Below, piece after piece: positions 10,470 through 19,526 of a stretch of 64,000 nucleotides of DNA. Each line of letters begins with the position of its first letter. Position 1 is the stretch's first letter. The stretch spans positions 24 to 64,023 of the forward strand of contig CACPJB010000002.1 in NCBI GenBank assembly GCA_902634135.1. The letters are read 5' to 3'. The translations under genes were made by a program, and so were the position numbers. This stretch comes from an uncultured Marinoscillum sp. Lineage in GTDB: Bacteria; Bacteroidota; Bacteroidia; Cytophagales; MED-G16. The notes beneath the pieces are model-generated. The model worked only from the letters and a program-made list of their open reading frames with translations. It ran no database searches and was not told the origin of the DNA.

Positions 10470-10679
10470 ATGAAAAACATATCAATTCTTTTATTAGCAT
10501 TTTTATTTGTAAGTTGTGACGACGAAGATTCTTCTTCTCCGTGCAAAGTTGATGGTCTTGATGGACGTATTTGTACAGAAGAGTATCAGCCTGTTTGCGG
10601 ATGTAATAATCAAACTTATTCTAACTCATGTTATGCTGGGAGAGATGGTGTGACATCCTGGTCAGAAGGTGAGTGTTGA
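10470..10679 (+). CDS. Kazal-type serine protease inhibitor lipoprotein
   Basis: Lipobox VSC; CTEEYQPVCGCNNQTYSNSC..G.C Kazal signature. Confidence 0.9.
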   Translation: MKNISILLLAFLFVSCDDEDSSSPCKVDGLDGRICTEEYQPVCGCNNQTYSNSCYAGRDGVTSWSEGEC

Positions 10680-10772
10680 GGTTAATTTACTTTTAACTTT
10701 GGGCTCTTTTTTTTACTTCTTCAAAATTTAATTTATATTGATCTCATATTTTAATTTATAAACTATTAAGAG

Positions 10773-11426
10773 ATGAGAAAATTTTATCTAATAATCGCTA
10801 CGATTTTTATTGTAGCTGCGTGCTCTGCACCTACTCAAAATACTGACATGGGAATGAGTATGGACGGTGAGCCTGATGGCCCACATACAAGTGTAGAATG
10901 GCAAGTATGGGCATATTCTACTGCTGCTCCAGAATTCATTGCAGAAGGAGCAACAGTATATGATGGACCACCTGATATGGGAGGAAAACTATTAAGACAA
11001 GGAACTAATGGATGGACTTGTTTACCAGCAAATCCGAGAGGTATGTCCGATCCTGAAAATGGATGGAAAGATGCTCATGAAGCAATGGCTTTATGTGGAG
11101 ATGCAGAAGTATTTAAATGGATTGGAGCTTATTTTGCTGGAGAAGTGCCAGTAATGGATAAAGATGGATATGCATGGATGTTACATGGAGACATGGGTGA
11201 AGATAATACAACACCAATGATAACAGACAAAGCAATGGCAGCTGAAGGACACTGGATTGAATCAGGACCTCATCTTATGAGAATGCCAAAAGATCCTGCT
11301 TCATTAGAGGGTATGACTACAGACTTTAATTCTGGAGAACCATACGTAATGTTCGCTGGAACACCTTATGCTCACGTAATGTATCCAGTTGGTGATTATT
11401 ACAAATACCAAGATCAAATAAAATAA
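10773..11426 (+). CDS. Conserved hypothetical lipoprotein
   Basis: Lipobox VAAC; conserved-looking motifs GTNGWTCLP, GYAWML.GD, GPHLM, PYVM..GTPYAH.M.P. Confidence 0.75.
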   Translation: MRKFYLIIATIFIVAACSAPTQNTDMGMSMDGEPDGPHTSVEWQVWAYSTAAPEFIAEGATVYDGPPDMGGKLLRQGTNGWTCLPANPRGMSDPENGWKDAHEAMALCGDAEVFKWIGAYFAGEVPVMDKDGYAWMLHGDMGEDNTTPMITDKAMAAEGHWIESGPHLMRMPKDPASLEGMTTDFNSGEPYVMFAGTPYAHVMYPVGDYYKYQDQIK

Positions 11427-11444
11427 TTTTTTGGTTAGTAATAG

Positions 11445-11472
11445 AAGGGTATGATATTCATACCCTTTTTTT
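11445..11472 (+). terminator. Intrinsic terminator between convergent genes
   Basis: AAGGGTATGA-tat-TCATACCCTT perfect 10-bp stem followed by a T run. Confidence 0.85.
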
Positions 11473-12316
11473 ATTGATTTTCACTAAGTGCTACTAACAA
11501 CTCAATAAACAGATTTATAATATCTAGGTATAATGACACAGCAATATTTATAGCTGTATCCCAAGACGCATCTCCGTTTGCATTTGCCTTTTCTAATCTA
11601 TCAAAGTCATAAATTAAGTATAATACAAAAATTACAACACCCACATAACTTTGATATAGCATCTGTTTTGGGGATTTGAATATAAAATAATTTAGTGCCC
11701 TCATAACTATCAATGCACAGAGTGAAATCAAAAGTATTAATTCTAAAAAGCTAAAATCAATGGGAGACAGATAAACTACTAAAAGTGTAATAAATACAGC
11801 TGTACATGTTGAGATCAATGCTTGAAATACAATATTTTGCCATTTCTGGTTGTATGGATCATCATCAATTGCTAATACATTATTTCTAAAGTCGTCCTCA
11901 AGCTCCCTCATTTTATTTGACTTCAATTCAAAATAGTTTTCTTCATCTTCCTCGAAATAATATACTATATGCTTTTCTTCAGTTGTCCCCCAGAAACCTG
12001 AAGGTTTATTTAAATCTTTTGACTTAACACCTTTATCTTTTAAAAACTTTCTCCACTTAAATCTTTCTCCTATGTAACCAATGGTAGGACCCAGAGACCA
12101 ACCCATAAATCCAGAAAGAAGTCCGCAAGCGATAAGATTATGCGGATAGATATCTTCAAAATAAATTATCAAGAATAGTGAGCCAAAAGCACCAATAATT
12201 GTAATAAATTTTTCTGTAAATGTTTCGTAAGCCTTATTAAACCTTGCAGCAATTGTAGATATTATTAACATCCCTCCTACAATACTAAAAGTTCTTATCA
12301 TCAGTAAATCTTCCAT
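11471..12316 (-). CDS. Bax inhibitor-1 / YccA (TMBIM) family membrane protein with a soluble insertion
   Basis: GFMG..LGP, GVVIF.LYLIYDF..L and A..LYLDIINLF signatures. Confidence 0.85.
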   Translation of the reverse strand: MEDLLMIRTFSIVGGMLIISTIAARFNKAYETFTEKFITIIGAFGSLFLIIYFEDIYPHNLIACGLLSGFMGWSLGPTIGYIGERFKWRKFLKDKGVKSKDLNKPSGFWGTTEEKHIVYYFEEDEENYFELKSNKMRELEDDFRNNVLAIDDDPYNQKWQNIVFQALISTCTAVFITLLVVYLSPIDFSFLELILLISLCALIVMRALNYFIFKSPKQMLYQSYVGVVIFVLYLIYDFDRLEKANANGDASWDTAINIAVSLYLDIINLFIELLVALSENQ

Positions 12317-12320
12317 ATAC

Positions 12321-13151
12321 TTAATTTATTTTAAATTTAAATAATCTAGGAAATCCATTTCCTTCATCTTCTGATGTAATCCAAAAAGACGATTCGTTAA
12401 TAATTTTGACTGCTTCTATCTGAGCTTTTCCTACTGGAATTTTAAACTTTTCAATTAAAGTTTGGTCCATGTTTGAAAGATCAAAATTACTTATCTTGTA
12501 GAAATACTGGTTCCAATTAAAATCATATCCAACTAGTGCTACTAATTTTAATTCTTCGTTATAATCTGCACCAGTAATTAATGAATTTACTGGGAATGAG
12601 TAGATTGGTTCAATCTCATATGAGCCAGGTATTTTAGGTAATGAATACAACTCAGTAATAAGGTCCCTTCTGTCTTTAGAAAACAAGATCAAATTGTCTC
12701 CTACAGAAATTATTCCTTCAGAATCATAGGGGTGTTTATTTCTGTTTTCAAAATTTTCTTGTCTTTTATATCTAAATTGGATCTGACCTTTACATTGAAA
12801 ACCAGTTTCTTTATCTAGCGTTAATACGCTAAGATTTTCTCTATTCCCAAAATTATTTCCTGAATTAGCGACATAGATGTTTTTACTATCTGCAGTTATA
12901 TCTTCCCAGTCATTGTTTTCACCACAATTTTCTATGAAGTATTCATTAACAATTTTACCTTCTTTATTAAATTCATATAAAATAGTTTCTCCACCCGAGT
13001 CATTATGTGTTAAGAAATTAGTGTTATAATATTCAAGACCTGAGGTCTCATTTATTTTTAATGGAAGAAATAGGCCTTCTAAGGTTGTTTCTTCTTCTGT
13101 ACATGAGAAGAAAACTAAAGAAAGAAATAAGTTAATTATTGTTTTATTCAT
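12321..13151 (-). CDS. Lipoprotein, predicted beta-propeller
   Basis: Lipobox FFSC; ETSGL, THNDSG, DWEDI, GNN.G.R, D.EG, ITGAD, Q.EAV repeats. Confidence 0.7.
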   Translation of the reverse strand: MNKTIINLFLSLVFFSCTEEETTLEGLFLPLKINETSGLEYYNTNFLTHNDSGGETILYEFNKEGKIVNEYFIENCGENNDWEDITADSKNIYVANSGNNFGNRENLSVLTLDKETGFQCKGQIQFRYKRQENFENRNKHPYDSEGIISVGDNLILFSKDRRDLITELYSLPKIPGSYEIEPIYSFPVNSLITGADYNEELKLVALVGYDFNWNQYFYKISNFDLSNMDQTLIEKFKIPVGKAQIEAVKIINESSFWITSEDEGNGFPRLFKFKIN

Positions 13152-13224
13152 AATTCTTTAGTGATATAAAGTGATTTTAATTTAATTTAAGTAAAATTTT
13201 TTAAGTAAATGCATTTTAATTCTT

Positions 13225-13680
13225 ATGAAAAAATTAATTTTAGATTTTCAAAGTAAGTGGGCAAATGGAATAGTTGAAATTGGAAAAACTAAAAACAACT
13301 TTGAAGAATCATCATCAGTAACTACAAAATTTATAAATGACCTTTATGATTTTCAAAATGGCAATGTTCAGTTTAAACCTACAAAAGCGTCTATAAATCA
13401 ATTTAGAAATGATTTTGAATCTGCACTTTCTTATTTTATTGGAAATAATTCAAATTTTTCTGAGGATTCAGGTTTTGCTTTAAAACCATGGGTTAATGTA
13501 GAGTTTAAAAACGAAAGCATTAATATTTATGGTGATATTGGTATAGCTATGGGGAATTATTTCTTTACAGATGAAAATGGTGCTAAAACTAAAGTGGAGT
13601 ATTCATTTGTTTACAAGAGAGTAGGAGACTCTCTTAAAATAGTATTACATCATTCTTCTCTCCCCTATAGTTCAAACTAG
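13225..13680 (+). CDS. COG4337-like NTF2-fold protein, candidate metal-independent (iota-type) carbonic anhydrase
   Basis: FKPTKA, ALSYF.G, ED.GFAL.PW, AMGNYFF, KVEYSF.Y and terminal LHHSSLPY. Confidence 0.7.
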   Translation: MKKLILDFQSKWANGIVEIGKTKNNFEESSSVTTKFINDLYDFQNGNVQFKPTKASINQFRNDFESALSYFIGNNSNFSEDSGFALKPWVNVEFKNESINIYGDIGIAMGNYFFTDENGAKTKVEYSFVYKRVGDSLKIVLHHSSLPYSSN

Positions 13681-13689
13681 GTAAGTCCT

Positions 13690-15120
13690 ATGAGGCACCC
13701 AAATAAAATATTTATTGGTTTATCGGTTTTAATACAAGTATTATTCTTTAGTTGTACAGATAAGTCTAATCAAGGTAAAAAACCCAATGTTATTTTTATT
13801 TTGGTAGATGATTTAGGATGGAATGATTTAGGGTACACAGGAAGTAAATTTTATGAAAGCCCACATATTGATACTTTATCTAATTATAGTTTTCAGTTTA
13901 CTAATGCTTATTCTGCTAGTCCTGTATGTTCTCCTACCAGAGCATCTATAATGACAGGGAAACATCCATCAAGAGTGAACATTACTGATTGGATTCCAGG
14001 AAACGACCCAAAAGATAAACTCTTACTTGGTCCACAAGATTTGGATGGGCTTCCTCTTGAGGAAATTACAATTGCTGAAGAATTAAAAAGTTCAGGGTAC
14101 AATACTTTTTATGTTGGTAAATGGCATCTAGGCTCTGAGGGATCATATCCTGAAGATCATGGCTTTGATATTAATATTGGAGGTTTTGAAAAGGGTAGCC
14201 CGATGGGAGGATATTATTCTCCATATAAAAACCCTAAACTGAGCGATGGCCCTGAGGGAGAGTATCTTACAGATAGATTGACAAATGAAGCTCTGGGTTT
14301 AATAAATAATAGAGATTCAAGTAAGCCATTTGCCCTTTTTCTCTCTTTTTATAATGTACATACACCGATTCAAGCAAACTTAGAGCATGTCGATTATTTT
14401 AAAGAAAAATTATCAAAAATTAGTGATAATGTTGTTAGAACAAGAGATGAGGGAGAGGCGGTAACAAGATTAAATCAAACTAATGCTGAATACGCATCTA
14501 TGGTTTATGCAGTTGATGAAAATATGGGAAAGTTAATTAAGTTTCTAAAAGATAATGATTTATACGAAAACTCATTAATTATTTTTACTTCAGATAATGG
14601 TGGTTTGTCTACTCTAAGAAGGGTAGCTCCAACCTCTGTTTATCCTCTTAGAGCAGGTAAAGGTTGGTTGTATGAAGGAGGAATTAAAATTCCACAATTA
14701 ATTAAGTTACCAAGGGAATCAAAAAAAGTAATAGTTGATGATTTGACAGTCTCATATGATCTTTTTCCAACTATTTTAGATGTTTTAGGCATTAAAAACA
14801 GAAATGAAATTGATGGTAGAAGTATAATGCCAGTTTTAAAAGATAAATCTAAGATAGATAGAGAAAATATTTATTGGCATTTTCCACATTATCATGGTAG
14901 TCTATGGAAGCCTGGTTCAGCTATTAGATCTAGAGATTGGAAACTAGTTCTTCATTATGAGTCTAATGAAGCAGAATTATTTAACCTGAAAGACGACCCC
15001 GAAGAGTTAAATGACGTTTCAACTTTGTTTAAGGAAGAAAAAGAACGTCTTCTAGATCAATTAAATAAAATGAAAAGAGAAACTAACGCAAATTCTGTAT
15101 CTATAAATTCAAAAATTTAG
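13690..15120 (+). CDS. Formylglycine-dependent (S1) sulfatase, lipoprotein
   Basis: PNVIFILVDDLG, CSPTRASIMTG (CxPxR), GKWHLG, SDNG, YEGG; lipobox FFSC. Confidence 0.95.
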   Translation: MRHPNKIFIGLSVLIQVLFFSCTDKSNQGKKPNVIFILVDDLGWNDLGYTGSKFYESPHIDTLSNYSFQFTNAYSASPVCSPTRASIMTGKHPSRVNITDWIPGNDPKDKLLLGPQDLDGLPLEEITIAEELKSSGYNTFYVGKWHLGSEGSYPEDHGFDINIGGFEKGSPMGGYYSPYKNPKLSDGPEGEYLTDRLTNEALGLINNRDSSKPFALFLSFYNVHTPIQANLEHVDYFKEKLSKISDNVVRTRDEGEAVTRLNQTNAEYASMVYAVDENMGKLIKFLKDNDLYENSLIIFTSDNGGLSTLRRVAPTSVYPLRAGKGWLYEGGIKIPQLIKLPRESKKVIVDDLTVSYDLFPTILDVLGIKNRNEIDGRSIMPVLKDKSKIDRENIYWHFPHYHGSLWKPGSAIRSRDWKLVLHYESNEAELFNLKDDPEELNDVSTLFKEEKERLLDQLNKMKRETNANSVSINSKI

Positions 15121-15146
15121 ACAATTTTTTTCCACATTAATTTTTG

Positions 15147-15221
15147 TGGGTGATACTGGATTCGAACCAGTGACCCCTGCCCTGTCAAGGCAGTGCTCTG
15201 AACCAACTGAGCTAATCACCC
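15147..15221 (-). tRNA. tRNA-Val(GAC)
   Basis: Reverse complement GGGTGATTAGCTCAGTTGGTTCAGAGCACTGCCTTGACAGGGCAGGGGTCACTGGTTCGAATCCAGTATCACCCA. Acceptor stem pairs, anticodon stem CTGCC/GGCAG encloses GAC, GTTCGAATC T-loop. CCA is not fully encoded. Confidence 0.95.
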
Positions 15222-15289
15222 GTTTGTTAAAAATACTTAAAAAAGCTTACGAAAATAATACTAAAATTTACTTTAAGTAAATTTACACT

Positions 15290-16840
15290 GTGAACAAAAA
15301 AAATTTTTTATTAATTATTGTTTTGCTTGCTGTATCATTAGTATCAATACTATTTGTTCAGTTTAATTGGATTTCAGATTTAAATAAATTAAACGAGGAT
15401 AGATTTAGGCAAGATGTACAGCATGTTCTATATATGATTAATGAAAGGCTTGAGGAACAAGAAATTATAGCGTTAACAAGAGATAACTTACAAGCAACTT
15501 TTAAAATAAGAAGAAGTATTGAAAGTGGTAATTTTGAATTAATCGAATCTACCTTTAACAAAAAAACATTAGATTCTTCTGAAGTAGTATCATCTAAAAA
15601 CTCTTTTCAATATGATATTGAGGCAGATAATTTGGTTGAAGGAAGATTACCTCCAAATATTAATGCATCTATACAGATAGAAGACCTACAGGATATAACA
15701 TTGGATTCATCAATGCAGAATCAAATAAATAAAATATTAGATAGATCTGAAATGATACAAATTATTTTGAATAAACTGTTAACAAATGATAGAGCTATAA
15801 AATCTGAATTTGATAAGGATTTTTTGGATAAGATAATAAAGCTTAATCTTTCAAAAATGAATCTAGATCTTAAATATGAATTTATAATATATAATAATGA
15901 AGAAAATAGAATAGAATTAGCAAGTTCTAATAATACTATTGTTTTAAAATCTGAGTTTAAAATAAATCTATTTCAAAATGATTTGATGGATTCTAACCTT
16001 GACCTTTATTTATATTTTCCAAATCAGAGACAATTTATTCAAGAAAATAATTTTTTTAATTTGATATTTTCGATAATTTTTTTAATGGTCATAGGATTAT
16101 GTTTTTATTATGTTATTCTTAAAGTTTTTGAGTTAAAAAAACTTTCAGAAATTAAAAATGAATTTATTGATAATATGACTCATGAATTAAAAACTCCAAT
16201 TTCTACAATATCATTAGCTTCTGAAGCCTTGTTAGATAAAGAAATAAAAAATAATACATCTAAGGAAAATTATCTCAAAATTATAAATGATGAAAATAAA
16301 AGGTTAGGAATACAAGTTGAAAAAGTATTAAGTATAGCAAAAACAGAAAAAGATAATTATAAAATTAAATTCAAGAAACTTAATATTCATAGTATAATTG
16401 AAGATTCAGTTGATATTAATAAGTTTAAAATAAAGAAAAGAGGAGGGGTTATTAATCAAAATTTAAATGCTGAAAAACATTTTATCTATGGAAACTATGA
16501 TCATTTATTGAATGTTTTTAATAACTTATTAGATAATGCTAATAAATATTCGTTGGAAAACCCAATAATTAATATATCCTCAAAAAATTCTAATGACTCA
16601 ATAGAAATAGTTATATCTGATGAGGGTATAGGTATAAGAAAGAGTAATATTGAGAAAGTTTTTGATAAGTTTTATAGAGAGCCTCAGGGGAATATTCATA
16701 ACGTAAAAGGTTTTGGTTTAGGATTATCTTATGTTAAAAACATTTTGATGAAACATAAAGCCTCAATTAAATTAAAAAGTAAAGTTAATCAAGGAACAAA
16801 ATTCTTAATAAATTTTAAATTATATAATGGAAAGAAATAA
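15290..16840 (+). CDS. Sensor histidine kinase (RprX-like)
   Basis: Two TM helices, FIDNMTHELKTP H-box, NLLDNA.KYS, D.GIG, G.GLGL. Confidence 0.92.
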   Translation: MNKKNFLLIIVLLAVSLVSILFVQFNWISDLNKLNEDRFRQDVQHVLYMINERLEEQEIIALTRDNLQATFKIRRSIESGNFELIESTFNKKTLDSSEVVSSKNSFQYDIEADNLVEGRLPPNINASIQIEDLQDITLDSSMQNQINKILDRSEMIQIILNKLLTNDRAIKSEFDKDFLDKIIKLNLSKMNLDLKYEFIIYNNEENRIELASSNNTIVLKSEFKINLFQNDLMDSNLDLYLYFPNQRQFIQENNFFNLIFSIIFLMVIGLCFYYVILKVFELKKLSEIKNEFIDNMTHELKTPISTISLASEALLDKEIKNNTSKENYLKIINDENKRLGIQVEKVLSIAKTEKDNYKIKFKKLNIHSIIEDSVDINKFKIKKRGGVINQNLNAEKHFIYGNYDHLLNVFNNLLDNANKYSLENPIINISSKNSNDSIEIVISDEGIGIRKSNIEKVFDKFYREPQGNIHNVKGFGLGLSYVKNILMKHKASIKLKSKVNQGTKFLINFKLYNGKK

Positions 16841-17525
16841 GATTTTAATAGTTGAAGATGATCCAAATCTTGGAAAAATCCTTTTGGAGTATTTAGAGGC
16901 AAAAAACTATAACGTTAGTTTAGCAATAGATGGAGAAGATGGTTTCAAAAAGTTTTTAGAAAATCAAGAATGGGATGTTGTGTTGCTTGATGTAATGATG
17001 CCAAAAAAAGATGGGTTCTCATTGGCTAGAGATATTAGAAAGGTGAATCAAGATATACCTATAATTTTTCTTACTGCAAAGTCACAAAAAGATAATATTA
17101 TAAAAGCTTTTAACTTAGGAGCTGATGATTACCTAACAAAGCCATTTAGTATTGAAGAATTAATTGCTAGAATTAAAGCAATTATGAAGAGGATTCCTAA
17201 AAAAATAGATAATATTTTAACTGATAAGTTCAAACTTTCTACATATCAATTTATACATAATCAAAACCTTCTTATAGATAAACAAAATAGAGAATACAAA
17301 TTGACTACTAAAGAAAATGAGCTATTAAAGTTGTTTTGTGAGAATGTCAATAAAAAAGTTAATAGAAATACAGCACTAATTAAAATTTGGGGAGACGATT
17401 CATATTATAATGCCAGAAGTATGGATGTTTATATTGCAAAGCTTAGAAAATATCTAAAATCTGACCCTAAAATTGAAATAAAAACTATCCATGGACATGG
17501 ATTTAAATTATTGATTTTAGATTAA
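16827..17525 (+). CDS. OmpR/PhoB-family response regulator (RprY-like)
   Basis: ILIVEDD, LDVMMP..DG, FLTAK, GADDYLTKPF, RSMDVYIAKLRKYL, HG.GF. Confidence 0.92.
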   Translation: MERNKILIVEDDPNLGKILLEYLEAKNYNVSLAIDGEDGFKKFLENQEWDVVLLDVMMPKKDGFSLARDIRKVNQDIPIIFLTAKSQKDNIIKAFNLGADDYLTKPFSIEELIARIKAIMKRIPKKIDNILTDKFKLSTYQFIHNQNLLIDKQNREYKLTTKENELLKLFCENVNKKVNRNTALIKIWGDDSYYNARSMDVYIAKLRKYLKSDPKIEIKTIHGHGFKLLILD

Positions 17526-17565
17526 TTACTTGTTTTAAATTATTTTTTTTATTAATAATAGTGAT

Positions 17566-18288
17566 ATGAATCTTATTTCATCAATTTATATTAAAGATAA
17601 TCAGACTGTTAATATCAAGTCTGGTGACTTTAGGACACTTAAAGTGCATGCTGAAAGTCCTATTGACCTTATAAATAGATTTGAAGAGTCAGGAATAAAA
17701 GAAATTTATGTTGTTGATTTAGGCTCGGCTAAAATGCATGAGAAAAATAATTTTAATCTATTAGAAATGATGAGTCAGTTTACTAAAATTAAAATTAATT
17801 ACTCTGGAGGAATGAGAAACAGTGAGCAGGTTAGTAATGCATTTATCCATGGTGCTAAAAAAGTTACACTTGGTAGTATGCCGGTTTATGACAAAGAGAT
17901 ATTTCTAAATTGTTTGACTACTTGGGGGTACAAGAAAATTGTTTTAGCAGTTGATATATTAAAAAAAAGTTTAAGAATAAATGGTTGGAAGTATCAAACA
18001 AAAATTGACCCTATCGAACATATAAAATATTTTCACAATAAAGGATTACAAAACATAAAAGTTACAGATATTTCAAAAGATGGAACTATGGAAGGTCCTC
18101 CTTTTCCTCTTTATAAAAAAATTTTAAAAAAATTTCCAAATATTAATTTAACTACAGGAGGAGGAATTAGAAATATAAAAGATTTGGTTAAACTTAAAGA
18201 TGTTGGAGTACATAATGCTATTTTTGGTAGAGCTTTTTATGAAGGCAATATTACATTGGAAGAAATTAAAAACTTTATCAAAAAATAA
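17566..18288 (+). CDS. HisA/HisF-like TIM-barrel protein (divergent)
   Basis: SGGMR, TDISKDGTMEGP, GGGIR, GRAFYEG. The N-terminal PAID motif reads SSIY. Confidence 0.75.
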   Translation: MNLISSIYIKDNQTVNIKSGDFRTLKVHAESPIDLINRFEESGIKEIYVVDLGSAKMHEKNNFNLLEMMSQFTKIKINYSGGMRNSEQVSNAFIHGAKKVTLGSMPVYDKEIFLNCLTTWGYKKIVLAVDILKKSLRINGWKYQTKIDPIEHIKYFHNKGLQNIKVTDISKDGTMEGPPFPLYKKILKKFPNINLTTGGGIRNIKDLVKLKDVGVHNAIFGRAFYEGNITLEEIKNFIKK

Positions 18289-18359
18289 AATTTCTTATCT
18301 AACCAAAAATCATTAAAACTATCCTTTTTTCGAATTTTATATTTGAATAGAAATTATTG

Positions 18360-18367
18360 TAGTTTTG
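18360..18367 (+). promoter_or_regulatory. Bacteroidota -7 promoter element for purK
   Basis: TAGTTTTG matches TAnnTTTG and ends 5 nt before ATG 18373. Confidence 0.6.
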
Positions 18368-18372
18368 CATTC

Positions 18373-19524
18373 ATGAAATCTGAGAAATTAAATAAAAAAC
18401 TTGGTATTATAGGAGGTGGTCAGTTAGGGAAAATGCTTCTTTCAGAGTGTAATAAGATGAGTATATCTACTTCAGTTTTAGACCCTAGTGACAAATCTCC
18501 ATGTAAAAATATATCTGATAAATTCATCTGTGGTGATTTTAATGATTTTGATACTGTGTTTAACTTTGGTATAGGTTGCGATATTATTACTTTTGAAATT
18601 GAACATATTAATGTTGATGCTCTAGAAAAATTAGAAAAAGAAGGAAAAATGGTTTTCCCTAAATCTAAAACTCTTAGAATAATTCAAGATAAAAACAAAC
18701 AGAAATCCTTTTTTGTTGAACATAAAATTCCTACTTCTAATTTTAAATATTATAACTCTATTAATGATTTAAAAAATTCAATTAATAACGGTGATATTAG
18801 CTTTCCTTGTGTTTGGAAAAAAACAAAATTTGGTTATGATGGTTTTGGTGTGAAAATCTTAAATTCAATAAATGATATAAATATTCTACCAGAATCTGAA
18901 ATGATAATTGAGGACTTAATTCCATTTGAAAAAGAATTAAGTGTGATTGTTGCACGAAATGAAAGAGGTCAAGTAAGTTGCTTCGATACAGTCGAAATGG
19001 AATTTAATAAAACATCAAATCAAGTTGAATTTGTTATAAGTCCAGCAAATATTTCAGAAGATATTAATAATAAAGCTAAAGAGTTAGCTATTAAGTTAGC
19101 TGAATCTTTAGACTGTATAGGTATATTGGCAGTTGAAATGTTTATGATTAATGGAGAAGTTCTGATCAATGAGATAGCTCCTAGGCCACATAATAGTGGT
19201 CATTTTTCTATTGAAGCTTGTAGAAGTTCACAATTTCAGCAACATATTAGAGCAATATTTGATTTAAATTTAGGTGAACCCCTTCATTCAGGTTCAGCTG
19301 TAATGTTAAATTTAGTTGGTGAAGAAAATTATCATGGAAAAGTTTTTTATGAAAATATCGATTCAGTTTTTAAAGTAAAATCAGCTAATCTTCATATTTA
19401 CGGAAAAGAAGAGACAAGACCAAATAGAAAAATGGGGCACGTAACAATTATTTGTGATAAATTTGAGGACGCATATGAAAAAGCTAAATTTTTAAAAGAA
19501 AAAATTAAGATTAAATCAAAGTAA
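18373..19524 (+). CDS. purK: N5-carboxyaminoimidazole ribonucleotide synthase
   Basis: GIIGGGQLG, GYDG.G, NEIAPRPHNSGH, YGK...RP.RKMGH. ATG 18373 preferred over TTG 18343. Confidence 0.95.
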   Translation: MKSEKLNKKLGIIGGGQLGKMLLSECNKMSISTSVLDPSDKSPCKNISDKFICGDFNDFDTVFNFGIGCDIITFEIEHINVDALEKLEKEGKMVFPKSKTLRIIQDKNKQKSFFVEHKIPTSNFKYYNSINDLKNSINNGDISFPCVWKKTKFGYDGFGVKILNSINDINILPESEMIIEDLIPFEKELSVIVARNERGQVSCFDTVEMEFNKTSNQVEFVISPANISEDINNKAKELAIKLAESLDCIGILAVEMFMINGEVLINEIAPRPHNSGHFSIEACRSSQFQQHIRAIFDLNLGEPLHSGSAVMLNLVGEENYHGKVFYENIDSVFKVKSANLHIYGKEETRPNRKMGHVTIICDKFEDAYEKAKFLKEKIKIKSK

Positions 19525-19526
19525 TT

